From: Actinomycetota bacterium
Lineage (GTDB): Bacteria > Actinomycetota > Thermoleophilia > Solirubrobacterales > Thermoleophilaceae
NCBI GenBank assembly: GCA_046727635.1
Contig: JBKPDA010000036.1
Coordinates: forward strand, 1-30,136
Direction of reading: 5' to 3'
Length of the DNA stretch: 30,136 nt
The position numbers were made by a program, and so were the translations under genes. The notes under the pieces are model-generated. The model made no database searches, was not told the origin of the DNA, and worked only from the letters and a program-made list of their open reading frames with translations. Positions 10,905-21,594 of this stretch are shown piece by piece (the stretch's first letter is position 1; each line of letters starts with the position of its first letter).

Positions 10905-10932
10905 GAAAAGCCCCGCTAACGCGCGCCTTTTC
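10905..10932. terminator. Imperfect terminator-like hairpin
   Basis: GAAAAG-CCCCGC-TAAC-GCGCGC-CTTTTC; outer 6 bp perfect, inner stem partly decayed. Confidence 0.35.
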
Positions 10933-11081
10933 GTTGGATTGTTCGGTCGGTGGGCGTCGGGTCCTGAGCCCAATTAGAAGGGCCCTCAACCCTGTCGAGG
11001 GGTGTCCGTTCTATCCAACACGTCCAGGTTTGGCTTTCTTGAGCCTTTCGGCTGGACGCATCCGACGCATCGCGGACAACG

Positions 11082-11102
11082 TTGGTACCCAGTTTGTTAC
11101 CC
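11082..11102. repeat. Direct repeat TTG(G/T)TACCC x2, 12-bp period
   Basis: TTGGTACCC (11082-11090) and TTGTTACCC (11094-11102). Confidence 0.5.
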
Positions 11103-11153
11103 CGCGGCGCTCTTGCAGCCCACGGGTGCACGCCGAATGAGAAAGGAGAGGAC

Positions 11154-11894
11154 GTGAAGGACTTCGATCCCAGGACGAGCTTCGCGTACGACGTGTCCAA
11201 GCGTTACGACGCCGAGGAGACCCGGGGCGACGAGCGTGAAACGGTTGCGTTCCTGGCCCGGCTCGCGGGGGAGCGGCCGGCGTTGGAGTTCGCGGTCGGG
11301 ACCGGTCGGATCGCCCTGTCCCTCGTGAGAGCCGGCGTGCGCGTGGACGGCATCGAGCTCTCCCAGGACATGGTCGATCGGATGCGCGAGAAGCCCGACG
11401 GCGACAGGGTCGAGGTGACGATGGGGGACATGTCCACGGTCGCGACAGGCCGCACCTACCGTCTCGTCTACCTCGTCTACAACACGATCGGCAATCTGCT
11501 CACGCAGGACGACCAAGTCCGATGCTTCGAGAACGCGGCCCGCCACCTCGCCAACGACGGCGTCTTCGTCCTAGAGTGCCGGGTCCCCGTCGCTCCCGCG
11601 TGGCCCGGACAGCAGCGAATCGCCGCCGAACAGATGGACGTCGAGCGCGTCGTGCTGGACGTCGGCCGGTACGACCCTGTGACACAGGTCCTCGACGAGA
11701 ACCGGGTCCGCCTGAGCGCAGACGGTGTTGAGTTCGGCCCGATCCGCCTGCGCCTGGCCTATCCCCCCGAATTCGACCTCATGGCACGGATCGCCGGCCT
11801 TCGGTTGCGCGAGCGGTGGGGCGGCTGGAATGGCGAGCCCTACACCGGCGCAAGCTGGCGTCACGTCAGCGTCTACGAGAGACGACAGCGTTGA
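11154..11894 (+). CDS. Class I SAM-dependent methyltransferase
   Basis: AAAGGAG RBS before GTG 11154; ALEFAVGTGRI motif I, GIELSQDM, VTMGDMS, YLVYNTI. Confidence 0.88.
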   Translation: MKDFDPRTSFAYDVSKRYDAEETRGDERETVAFLARLAGERPALEFAVGTGRIALSLVRAGVRVDGIELSQDMVDRMREKPDGDRVEVTMGDMSTVATGRTYRLVYLVYNTIGNLLTQDDQVRCFENAARHLANDGVFVLECRVPVAPAWPGQQRIAAEQMDVERVVLDVGRYDPVTQVLDENRVRLSADGVEFGPIRLRLAYPPEFDLMARIAGLRLRERWGGWNGEPYTGASWRHVSVYERRQR

Positions 11895-11908
11895 CAGCGC
11901 CGTCCATC

Positions 11909-13276
11909 TCAGGGGCGCACCGTGGCCGCGTAGAGGTCCAGTTTCCCGGTCCGGGTGTCGTTCCACACGAGGTGGAAGGTGCCGGCACGGGCGGTGATGC
12001 CCTGGTAGTCGCCGATCCACCAGGCTCCGTGTTTCCCCCCGGTCGTGAGGCTGTGCGGGTCGAACGCGGGGGTGGTCACCCGCAGCGGCGGCCCGAAGCG
12101 GAGCTCCCGCGGGCGCGAGAGGAGCAGGACCTGGTTTACGCGGCCGTTGGCCAGGGCGAACGCGGAGATCGCGACCCGGCCGGCGTCGTCGACCGCCAGG
12201 TTGGGCTGGAAGTAGGTCACCCGGTCGGCGGGCGTCGCAGCCACCGGCTCGCTCCAGGTCCGGCCGCGGTCGTGGGATGCGGTCACCACGATGTCCGAGT
12301 GAACCGCTCCCGGCCGGTGTGTAGGGAACGCGACGTACAGGGCATCGCCGCCGGGCGAGATGGCGACCGTCGGGCTGCTGTTGGGTTTGACGTCGCCGCG
12401 TAGTTGGATGTCCGACGCTCCCGATCCCAGATGGACCGGTGCGCCAAAACTGCGTCCGCCATCGGTCGAGCAGACGGCAACCGCCTGGCCGACCATGTCG
12501 CCGGACGGGTCCGGCAGGGTTGTCCAGTAGCAGGTGGCGCAGACCAGGCTATGCGGTCCGGCGGCAAGCTCGGGGCCCGCGCTCTCGTACGAGCCGTCGC
12601 GAGCCTCCGCCAGGATCCTGCGCGGCGGGTCGAAGCTCCTTCCGCCGTCGGTGGAGCGGGTGAAGCCCAGAGCCGTCTTCGAGTTGCCAGCGGCCCAAGC
12701 GACGTACACGTTGTGCTCCGACATGGTTTGGCCGTGGCCGGTGGCCATCCAGGGGTGATCGCAATACTGCCCTTCCAACAGGGTCACCGGCGCCGAGAAG
12801 CTGCGCCCGCCGTCGTCGCTCCGCCAGACGTAGACGGCGCGGCCCGCGGCGTAGGAGGTGGCGCAGACGTATGCGCGGCCCAATGCATCGAACGCGACGG
12901 TCACGTCGTCGCCGGTCTTCGCGGCGACCGCGGGCAGCTGTGGCACGCCGCCGTTCTGCCAGCTCGCGCCTCCGTCGAGCGAGAGGTAGGTCGCGATGAA
13001 CTGGGGGTCCGCCGTGGGCGACACCTGGCACGCTGCGAGGAGGTGGCCAGGGCGCTTGGGGTTCGCCGCGACCGACGGCTCGACATGGACCCCGTAGCGG
13101 TCGTGGCTGACTCGGACATTCGTACCGACCCTCGCTGCGCTGGGTGGGACCGCGGCGGAATGGCAGCCCGCGCTTTCAAACGGGAGGAGCGCCGTCAGGG
13201 CCGCGGCCGCTCCGCCCCGGAGCAGGGCCCGGCGGGAGATCGGATCGATGCCTGGTCGCGAGAGGTCTTCACTCAT
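11909..13276 (-). CDS. Tat-exported Asp-box (BNR) beta-propeller protein, sialidase-like
   Basis: Twin-arginine SRRALL; Asp-boxes SLDGGASW, SDDGGRSF, STDGGRSF (twice) and SHDRGRTW; ATG at 13276. Confidence 0.8.
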   Translation of the reverse strand: MSEDLSRPGIDPISRRALLRGGAAAALTALLPFESAGCHSAAVPPSAARVGTNVRVSHDRYGVHVEPSVAANPKRPGHLLAACQVSPTADPQFIATYLSLDGGASWQNGGVPQLPAVAAKTGDDVTVAFDALGRAYVCATSYAAGRAVYVWRSDDGGRSFSAPVTLLEGQYCDHPWMATGHGQTMSEHNVYVAWAAGNSKTALGFTRSTDGGRSFDPPRRILAEARDGSYESAGPELAAGPHSLVCATCYWTTLPDPSGDMVGQAVAVCSTDGGRSFGAPVHLGSGASDIQLRGDVKPNSSPTVAISPGGDALYVAFPTHRPGAVHSDIVVTASHDRGRTWSEPVAATPADRVTYFQPNLAVDDAGRVAISAFALANGRVNQVLLLSRPRELRFGPPLRVTTPAFDPHSLTTGGKHGAWWIGDYQGITARAGTFHLVWNDTRTGKLDLYAATVRP

Positions 13277-13368
13277 GGGTTCATGGTCGACATGCGAGTT
13301 CGACGTCGTGCGAATGCGTTCCGAAGAAACGGCGAAAATCGCGGCCGCGGCGGCGTCGGTGGGCACCG

Positions 13369-13962
13369 GATGCCGAGGATGCGGTTGGGGCGCTGCGGCT
13401 GGCGCCGGACTGCGTGCTGCTCGACGTGATGCTCCCGGGCGCGTCTGGCTACGACCTGTGCCGCGAGATCCGCGCCGAGTCGGATGTACCGGTCCTGTTC
13501 CTCAGCGCCCGCGCCGGCGATGCCGACAAGATCCGCGGCCTCGGGCTCGGCGCCGACGACTACATCGTCAAGTCGGCGACTCCGGCGGAGGTCGTCGCCC
13601 GGGTCAGGGCGGTGTTGCGCCGCACGGGCGCGGCCCGAGGCCTGGGGCGGCTTCGCTTCGGCCGCCTCGAGGTCGATCTCGCCGCGCACGAGGTGCTCGT
13701 CGCGGGCAGGCCGGTGCGGATGACCGCGCGCGAGTTCGAGCTGCTGCGGGTGCTCGTCCAACATCCGCGGCAGGTGTTCAGCCGCGAGCATCTGTTCGAG
13801 CTCGTCTGGGGAAGCTACGGCGACCGCAGCGCCGTCTCGGTGTACGTCAGCCGGTTGCGCGAGAAGATCGAGGACGACCCGATCGCTCCCCGGTACATCG
13901 TCACCGTCTGGGGCGCCGGCTACCGGTTCGACGGCGGTCTCGGGCACGACGTCGGCGAATGA
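13369..13962 (+). pseudogene. OmpR-family response regulator lacking the first ~30 residues of the receiver domain
   Basis: Intact LLDVMLPG, FLSAR, GADDYIVK and winged-helix parts (MTAREFELL, YIVTVWGAGYRF). No in-frame start or beta1 acidic pair upstream of DAEDAV. Confidence 0.7.
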
Positions 13963-15335
13963 GACGAGCGCAGCTCTCGGTCCGCGTCGCTCTCGCGGTC
14001 TCGCTGCTCGCGCTGCTCGTGCTCGTCGCCGCGGGGGTCACGGCTGGCTACCTCGTCGAAGCCCACCGCCAGCGCACCGAGCGCGACCACCGACGCGCCG
14101 CCGCGGTGGCGTACGTCAAGGGCAGCGTGACGCGGGCCAAGTCGACGCGCTGGCAACCGGCCCTGGCCGAGCAGCTCGACGCGCTGCGACTGAGCGCGCA
14201 GCTCACGATGATCTCGCCGGGGGGCAAGCGCGCTATCTACGCGAGCAAGGGGCTGGTCGCCACGACGACGTCCAATCGGCCTGTCGCGAGTTACACCTTC
14301 CCGCTCGCCGACGGGTCCGCAAGCGCGCTCGCGCTCGACCTCTACGCGCAGCCCCTCGACGGGACCCGCCGGCTGCTGGTCGCGCTCGCGTCGGGGCTTG
14401 CCGCCCTGCTGGCCGGCGGGGCGCTGCTGATCTGGGCGGCAAGCCGGTGGCTCGTCGCCCCGCTCCGCCGCCTGAATACGCGGGTCGACGCGATCGCCGG
14501 CGGCGATCCGATCGAGACCCGCGCGACCTCGCCGATCCGCGAAGTCGAGAATGTCGCGACAGCCGTCGCAGGCATGGCCGCCCGGCTCGCGGACACTGCC
14601 GAGCACGACGCGCAACTCGAGGCGGAGCGACGCTTGCTCGTCAGCTCCATCGCCCACGACCTGCGCACCCCGTTGTTCTCGCTGCGCGGCTACCTCGACG
14701 CCATCGCAACGGGCATCGGCAACCCTGGCGAGCGGCTCGACCGAGCACGGGCGAAGGCCCAGCAGATCGATCGCCTCGTCACCGACCTGTTCGACTATGC
14801 GACGGCAGACATCGAGAAACGACCCCGCCTGCAGACGACAGACCTCGCAGAGGCCGTCACGGACGCGACCGCCGCGTTCGAGTTCGCGGCCGACCAGCGT
14901 GCAATCAAGCTCCGGGTTACGGTTCTCACTACAGCCTCGGTGAGGATGGACCGCGACGCATTCGAGCGCGCACTCGCCAACGTCCTCGACAACGCGTTGC
15001 GTCACACCCCGGGCGGAGGCGCGGTCGAGGTCACCTGCGGCGAAGACGAGGCCGGCGCGTTCGTCTGCGTCGTCGACGACGGTCCCGGCATCGCCTCGGA
15101 CCTCCTTCCCCACGTGTTCGAGCCGATGGTCCGCGCCGACGGCGCCCGCAACCCGCGCACCGGCGGAGCGGGCCTCGGACTTACGATCGCAGCCCGCCTG
15201 CTCCGAAACCAAGACGGCTCAATCGACGCGGCAAACGCACCCGAACGCGGAGCGATCCTCACGCTCCGGTTTCCACGGACTGTCGCACAGCCCTCCCCCG
15301 GCAAGCACCCAGAGCAGACTAAGTCGTCGCCTTGA
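13959..15335 (+). CDS. Sensor histidine kinase (TM, HAMP, HisKA, HATPase_c)
   Basis: H-box IAHDLRTPL, N-box NVLDNALRH, G1 DDGPGI, G2 GAGLGL; ATGA overlap with the regulator stop. Confidence 0.93.
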   Translation: MRRAQLSVRVALAVSLLALLVLVAAGVTAGYLVEAHRQRTERDHRRAAAVAYVKGSVTRAKSTRWQPALAEQLDALRLSAQLTMISPGGKRAIYASKGLVATTTSNRPVASYTFPLADGSASALALDLYAQPLDGTRRLLVALASGLAALLAGGALLIWAASRWLVAPLRRLNTRVDAIAGGDPIETRATSPIREVENVATAVAGMAARLADTAEHDAQLEAERRLLVSSIAHDLRTPLFSLRGYLDAIATGIGNPGERLDRARAKAQQIDRLVTDLFDYATADIEKRPRLQTTDLAEAVTDATAAFEFAADQRAIKLRVTVLTTASVRMDRDAFERALANVLDNALRHTPGGGAVEVTCGEDEAGAFVCVVDDGPGIASDLLPHVFEPMVRADGARNPRTGGAGLGLTIAARLLRNQDGSIDAANAPERGAILTLRFPRTVAQPSPGKHPEQTKSSP

Positions 15336-15395
15336 CAGCAGGCCGGCTTACTCCTCGAGCATGGGGCGAAGCTCAGCGGAGGGATGGGAGCGCCA

Positions 15396-15460
15396 ATAGC
15401 CGTTCTTCTATGCAATGTGTCGGATCTTCGCTTGTTCATCAATGTGAGCCCACGTAGGGT
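15396..15460 (+). promoter_or_regulatory. Promoter of glpX-fba with upstream dyad
   Basis: ATAG-N8-CTAT dyad at 15396-15411; -35 TTGTTC (15432-15437), 17 nt, -10 TAGGGT (15455-15460). Confidence 0.6.
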
Positions 15461-15498
15461 GGCCAGCCATCCCGACGACGAGCGACGAGGAGCGCAAA

Positions 15499-16503
15499 TT
15501 GAGCGTCCACGCGAATCTGGCGATCCGCGAACCCGCTCCTGTGCCGCCGGGAGGGCTCGACCTGGTCACCCTGGAGGCCGCGGCGCTCGCGGCGACGCGG
15601 GCCGCCGCGGTCGCCTGCCAGCGATTCGTCGGACGAGGCGACAAGCACGCCGCTGACGCCGCCGCGGTGGAGGCGATGCGCGAGGCGCTGGCGGGAGCGC
15701 CCGGGCTCGGGACGGTGGTGGTCGGTGAGGGGGAGAAGGACGAGGCCCCGATGCTCGCTGCGGGGGAGCGGGTCGGCGCCGGCGGCCCGGCGTTCGACAT
15801 AGCCGTCGATCCCCTGGAGTGCACGACCCTGTGCGCGAAGGGCCTCCCGGGCTCGCTCGCGACGATCGCATGCGCCGAGGACGGCGCACTGCTGCGTCCC
15901 GGCCGATCGCATTACATGGAAAAGCTGGTCGTCCCCCCCGCGGCCAGAGAGGCGATCGACATCACAGACAGCCCGGAGGCGAATGTGCGAAGCGTCGCGC
16001 GCGCACTCGGCAAGCGTCCCGCGGACCTTCGGGTGGTAGTCCTGGACAAGCCGCGCCACGCCGAGCTGATCGGGCGCCTGCGCCGCGCCGGCGCCGCCGT
16101 GACCACGCCGCCGGACGGGGACGTCGCCGGCGCGCTGGAGGCGCTGCTTCCCTCCGGCGAGGCGGATCTGCTGATCGGGATCGGCGGCACGCCGGAGGGC
16201 GTGATGACGGCGTGCGCCGTCAGGGCCCTGGGAGGAGGCATGCTGGCTCGGCTCGCGCCTCAGAGCGACGCGGAGGCGGCGGCGCTCGCGGAGGCTGGGC
16301 TCGACACCGATCGCGTGTACGAACTTGACGACCTCGTCGCCCGTTCGGCCTTCTTCGCAGCGACCGGCGTCACAGGCGGTGCGCTGCTCCGAGCCCCACG
16401 CCTCCTTCCCAGCGGCGTCGTGACGAACTCGCTGGTGATCTCGGAGCGCTCCCTCAGGGTGGAGGAGGCACGCTCGATCCCGCAACCCCAGGAGGTGGCA
16501 TGA
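15499..16503 (+). CDS. glpX: Class II fructose-1,6-/sedoheptulose-1,7-bisphosphatase (GlpX)
   Basis: GDKHAADAAAVEAMR, VGEGEKDEAPML, DIAVDPLE, YMEKL, GIGGTPEGV, FAATGVTGG; GAGGAG RBS before TTG 15499. Confidence 0.92.
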   Translation: MSVHANLAIREPAPVPPGGLDLVTLEAAALAATRAAAVACQRFVGRGDKHAADAAAVEAMREALAGAPGLGTVVVGEGEKDEAPMLAAGERVGAGGPAFDIAVDPLECTTLCAKGLPGSLATIACAEDGALLRPGRSHYMEKLVVPPAAREAIDITDSPEANVRSVARALGKRPADLRVVVLDKPRHAELIGRLRRAGAAVTTPPDGDVAGALEALLPSGEADLLIGIGGTPEGVMTACAVRALGGGMLARLAPQSDAEAAALAEAGLDTDRVYELDDLVARSAFFAATGVTGGALLRAPRLLPSGVVTNSLVISERSLRVEEARSIPQPQEVA

Positions 16504-17531
16504 CGATGGTCGGCAGGCGGCTCGAGGAGACGGCCCAGGCGATGGTCGCGGAGGGGAGGGGCATCCTCGCCGCAGACGAGAGCAACGCCACGATGACCAA
16601 GCGGCTCGAGGCGGTGGGCGTGGAGTCGACGCCAGAATCGCGGCGCGCGTTCAGGGGGCTGCTGTTCACGGCAGAGGGCGCGGCCGAACACATCAGCGGC
16701 GTGATCATGTACGACGAGACGATCCGCCAGCGGGCCGACGACGGTACGCCGTTCCCGGCGTTCCTCGCGAGCAAGGGCATCCTGCCGGGCATCAAGGTCG
16801 ACACCGGCGCGAAGCCGCTCGCGGGCTTCCCGCGCGAGACCGTCACCGAAGGTCTCGACGGTCTCCGGGCTCGCCTTGTTGAGTACCGGGAGCTCGGCGC
16901 GCGCTTCGCGAAGTGGCGCGCCGTGATCGGCATCGGCGACGGACTGCCGACCCGAGCGTGCGTCGAGGCGAACGCTCACGCGCTCGCCCGCTACGCGGCC
17001 CTGTGCCAGGAGGCCGGCATCGTCCCGATCGTCGAGCCCGAGGTCCTGATGGACGGTGAGCACTCGCTCGCCCGTTCGGAGCAGGTAACGACGGCCGTCC
17101 TGCGAGCCCTCTTCCAGCAGCTGCTCGAGCACCGCGTCATGCTCGAAGGGTCGGTGCTCAAGCCGAACATGCTGCTCTCGGGATACGACTGCCCCGAGCA
17201 GGCCGGTGTCGACGAGGTGGCGGAGCGGACGCTCGCGTGCCTCCGCCGCGTCGTGCCGGCGGCGGTGCCCGGGATCGCCTTCCTGTCGGGGGGCCAGAGC
17301 GACGAGCGCGCGGCGGCGCATCTGAACGCGATGAACAACATCGGCGGTGTGCCGTGGGAGCTCACCTTCTCCTACGGTCGCGCGCTCGTCGCCGCGCCGC
17401 TCAAGGCGTGGTCGGGGGACGACTCCAGGGTCGCCGACGCTCAGGCCGCGTTCCTGCACCGGGCGCGCTGCAACACCGCTGCTCGAAGGGGCGAGTACTC
17501 CGAGGCGATGGAGCACGAGCTGGTCGCGTGA
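16500..17531 (+). CDS. fba: Class I (Schiff-base, eukaryote/glycolytic-type) fructose-bisphosphate aldolase
   Basis: GILAADES, GIKVDTG, FAKWR, VPIVEPEV, LKPNM, FLSGGQS, TFSYGRAL. Confidence 0.93.
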   Translation: MTMVGRRLEETAQAMVAEGRGILAADESNATMTKRLEAVGVESTPESRRAFRGLLFTAEGAAEHISGVIMYDETIRQRADDGTPFPAFLASKGILPGIKVDTGAKPLAGFPRETVTEGLDGLRARLVEYRELGARFAKWRAVIGIGDGLPTRACVEANAHALARYAALCQEAGIVPIVEPEVLMDGEHSLARSEQVTTAVLRALFQQLLEHRVMLEGSVLKPNMLLSGYDCPEQAGVDEVAERTLACLRRVVPAAVPGIAFLSGGQSDERAAAHLNAMNNIGGVPWELTFSYGRALVAAPLKAWSGDDSRVADAQAAFLHRARCNTAARRGEYSEAMEHELVA

Positions 17532-17574
17532 GGCGCCCGAGCTCGTTGCCGGAGGCGGCGGGGCGAATCGAGCA

Positions 17575-19155
<1,581 letters not shown>

Positions 19156-19170
19156 CAGAGGAGATCGACG

Positions 19171-19623
19171 ATGAGGATCACACAGGGCACCTTCTCGTTC
19201 CTTCCGGACCTCACCGACGAGGAGATCGAGGCGCAGGTCCGGTACGCGCTCCGCAACGGCTGGGCGATCTCGGTCGAGTACACCGACGACCCGCACCCAC
19301 GCAACTCGTACTGGGAGATGTGGAACCTGCCGCTGTTCGACCTGACGGAAGGTGACGCGCATATCGCGATGCGCGAGGTTATGGCGTGCCGCGAGCGCTT
19401 CCCGGACCACTACGTGAAGGTGAGCGCCTACGACGCGCGCTACGGCCGGCAGACCACCGCGCTCAGCTTCATCGTGGGCCGCCCGGCGCACGAGCCCGGC
19501 TTCCGCCTCGAGCGAGGGGACCGCCACGACCGCACGATCGACTACCGGCTGCACGCCTACGCCACCGACGCCCCGGCCGGGCAACGCTACCGCCCAGGCG
19601 AGACCGGCGACGCCGGCGGTTGA
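19171..19623 (+). CDS. cbbS: RuBisCO small subunit, red-type
   Basis: [29 protein letters not shown] and the red-type C-terminal extension ([16 protein letters not shown]). Confidence 0.97.
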   Translation: MRITQGTFSFLPDLTDEEIEAQVRYALRNGWAISVEYTDDPHPRNSYWEMWNLPLFDLTEGDAHIAMREVMACRERFPDHYVKVSAYDARYGRQTTALSFIVGRPAHEPGFRLERGDRHDRTIDYRLHAYATDAPAGQRYRPGETGDAGG

Positions 19624-19627
19624 TCGG

Positions 19628-20614
19628 GTGACGGGCCAGGCATTCACGACCCGTCCCCGGGCGCCCGGCGAAGCGCGCGCGGCCCGCCAGGAGGAGCGCC
19701 CATCCGCGCCCGTGGCCGCCGAGGTCGCCGACCTCGAGACGAGCCCGGCTGCGCTCGCGCGACAGAGTGGCCTCGACGCGGTGCTCGAGCTGCTCGACGA
19801 GGAGCTCGTGGGGCTCGCCCCGGTCAAGATGCGCATCCGCGAGATCGCCGCGCTGCTGGTCGTCGATCGCCTACGCCGCCAGCACGGGCTGGCGTCCGAG
19901 CGCCCCTCGCTGCACATGTGCTTCACCGGCAATCCGGGCACCGGCAAGACGACGGTGGCGCTGCGAATGGCGGAGATCCTCCACAGGCTGGGCTACGTGG
20001 AGCGGGGGCACCTGGTCTCCGTCACCCGCGAGGACCTGGTCGGCCAGTACGTCGGACACACGGCGCCCAAGACGAGGGACGTGCTGAAGAGGGCCCGCGG
20101 TGGTGTGCTCTTCATCGATGAGGCCTACTACCTATACCGGCCCGAGAACGAGCGGGACTACGGCCAGGAGGCGATCGAGATCCTGCTCCAGGCGATGGAG
20201 AACGAGCGCGACGAGCTGGTCGTGATCCTTGCCGGATACAAGGACCGCATGGAACGGTTCTTCGCCTCGAACCCCGGCATGCAGTCGCGCGTGGCGCACC
20301 ACATCGAGTTCCCCGACTTCACAGTGCCCGAGCTGATGCGGATCGCCGACCTGATGCTGGAGCGGCGAGCGTACGCATTCTCCCCGGAGGCACGCGACGT
20401 GTTTCGCGAGTACGTCGAGCGGCGGCGGCGGCGTCCGCGCTTCGCCCACGGCCGCAGCATCCGCAACGCCATCGACCGGGCGCGCCTGCGTCAGGCCAGC
20501 CGGCTCTTCGAGTTGGGCCGGGCCCTCGAGCGCGAGGAGCTGATCAGTATCGAGGCCGAGGACATTCTGAAGAGCAGCGTGTTCGACCGGAGCGACGACC
20601 TGAAGGAGGGATAG
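19628..20614 (+). CDS. cbbX: CbbX AAA+ red-type RuBisCO activase
   Basis: Walker A GNPGTGKT, pore loop YVGHT, Walker [26 protein letters not shown]; directly after cbbS. Confidence 0.96.
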   Translation: MTGQAFTTRPRAPGEARAARQEERPSAPVAAEVADLETSPAALARQSGLDAVLELLDEELVGLAPVKMRIREIAALLVVDRLRRQHGLASERPSLHMCFTGNPGTGKTTVALRMAEILHRLGYVERGHLVSVTREDLVGQYVGHTAPKTRDVLKRARGGVLFIDEAYYLYRPENERDYGQEAIEILLQAMENERDELVVILAGYKDRMERFFASNPGMQSRVAHHIEFPDFTVPELMRIADLMLERRAYAFSPEARDVFREYVERRRRRPRFAHGRSIRNAIDRARLRQASRLFELGRALEREELISIEAEDILKSSVFDRSDDLKEG

Positions 20615-20616
20615 CC

Positions 20617-21594
20617 GTGCCCCGGCCCACGATACTCGGCGTCGTCGGTGACTCGGCGGCGGGAAAGACGACCCTCACCCGCGGCCTCGTCCGGATCCTG
20701 GGTGAGGACAAGGTCACGCACGTCTGCACCGACGACTACCACCGCTACGACCGCAAGGAGCGCGCCGAGCGGGGTATCACTCCGCTCGACCCGGAGTGCA
20801 ACTACGTCGACATCATGGCCGGGGATCTCCAGCACCTGCGTGCCGGAAGGGCGATCCTGAAGCCCGTGTACCGGCACGCCGACGGCACCTTCGGCCCGCC
20901 GGTGTACGTGCGCCCACAGACCTTCACGATCGTCGATGGGCTGCTCGGCTACCACACGCGTGAGATGCGCGAGGTCTATGACGTGCGCGTCTTCCTGGCG
21001 CCGCCGGAGGATCTGCGCCGCAAGTGGAAGGTCGATCGCGACTGCTCGCGGCGCGGCTACACGACCGACCAGGTGCTCGCCGAGCTCGACCGGCGCGAGC
21101 CGGACTCCGCCGCGTTCATACGTCCACAGCAGCGCTACGCCGACCTGGTCGTGTCGTTCATGCCGGGCGACACAGGCGACGCCGAGCACCTGGACGCCGA
21201 GCTCGTGCTGCGTGACGGCCTGCCCCACCCCGATCTTTCGCCGTTCATCGGCAACAACGGGCGCAAGGGGATCACGCTGCTCGAACGGGGGGAGGAGCGC
21301 CACTTGCGCATCCCGGGAGACATCGACCGCGAACGGGCGGCAGAGCTCGAGGAGGGCATCTGGGACCGGCTCCACTTCGCCACCCATCTGCGCTCCCAGC
21401 GCCTGGGCGAGTTCACCGTCGGGACCGGGCTCCATAGGTCGGAGTCGCTCGCTCTGGTTCAGCTCTTGATCCTCTACCACGTCGTGACGGCGCGCGCCGC
21501 CATCGCGCTCGGCGGCCCGGGAACACGCTCGGCCACCGGTGAGCTCGCGCCGTCGATCGAGGACGTCCGCGAGGCGGCCGCTCCGAAGACATGA
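20617..21594 (+). CDS. prk: Phosphoribulokinase, cyanobacterial/plant-like class
   Basis: [42 protein letters not shown]; located in the cbb gene run. Confidence 0.92.
   Translation: MPRPTILGVVGDSAAGKTTLTRGLVRILGEDKVTHVCTDDYHRYDRKERAERGITPLDPECNYVDIMAGDLQHLRAGRAILKPVYRHADGTFGPPVYVRPQTFTIVDGLLGYHTREMREVYDVRVFLAPPEDLRRKWKVDRDCSRRGYTTDQVLAELDRREPDSAAFIRPQQRYADLVVSFMPGDTGDAEHLDAELVLRDGLPHPDLSPFIGNNGRKGITLLERGEERHLRIPGDIDRERAAELEEGIWDRLHFATHLRSQRLGEFTVGTGLHRSESLALVQLLILYHVVTARAAIALGGPGTRSATGELAPSIEDVREAAAPKT

Noticed and set aside
11075-11086. GACAACGTTGGT, a 10/12 match to the LacI operator
   Set aside because: It breaks the palindrome, lies upstream of an unrelated methyltransferase and overlaps the direct repeat; likely chance.
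13144-15335. The two-component system as the regulator of the cbb genes in place of CbbR
   Set aside because: Only adjacency supports it. The regulator looks truncated and the cbb promoters carry LysR-like rather than OmpR-like sites.
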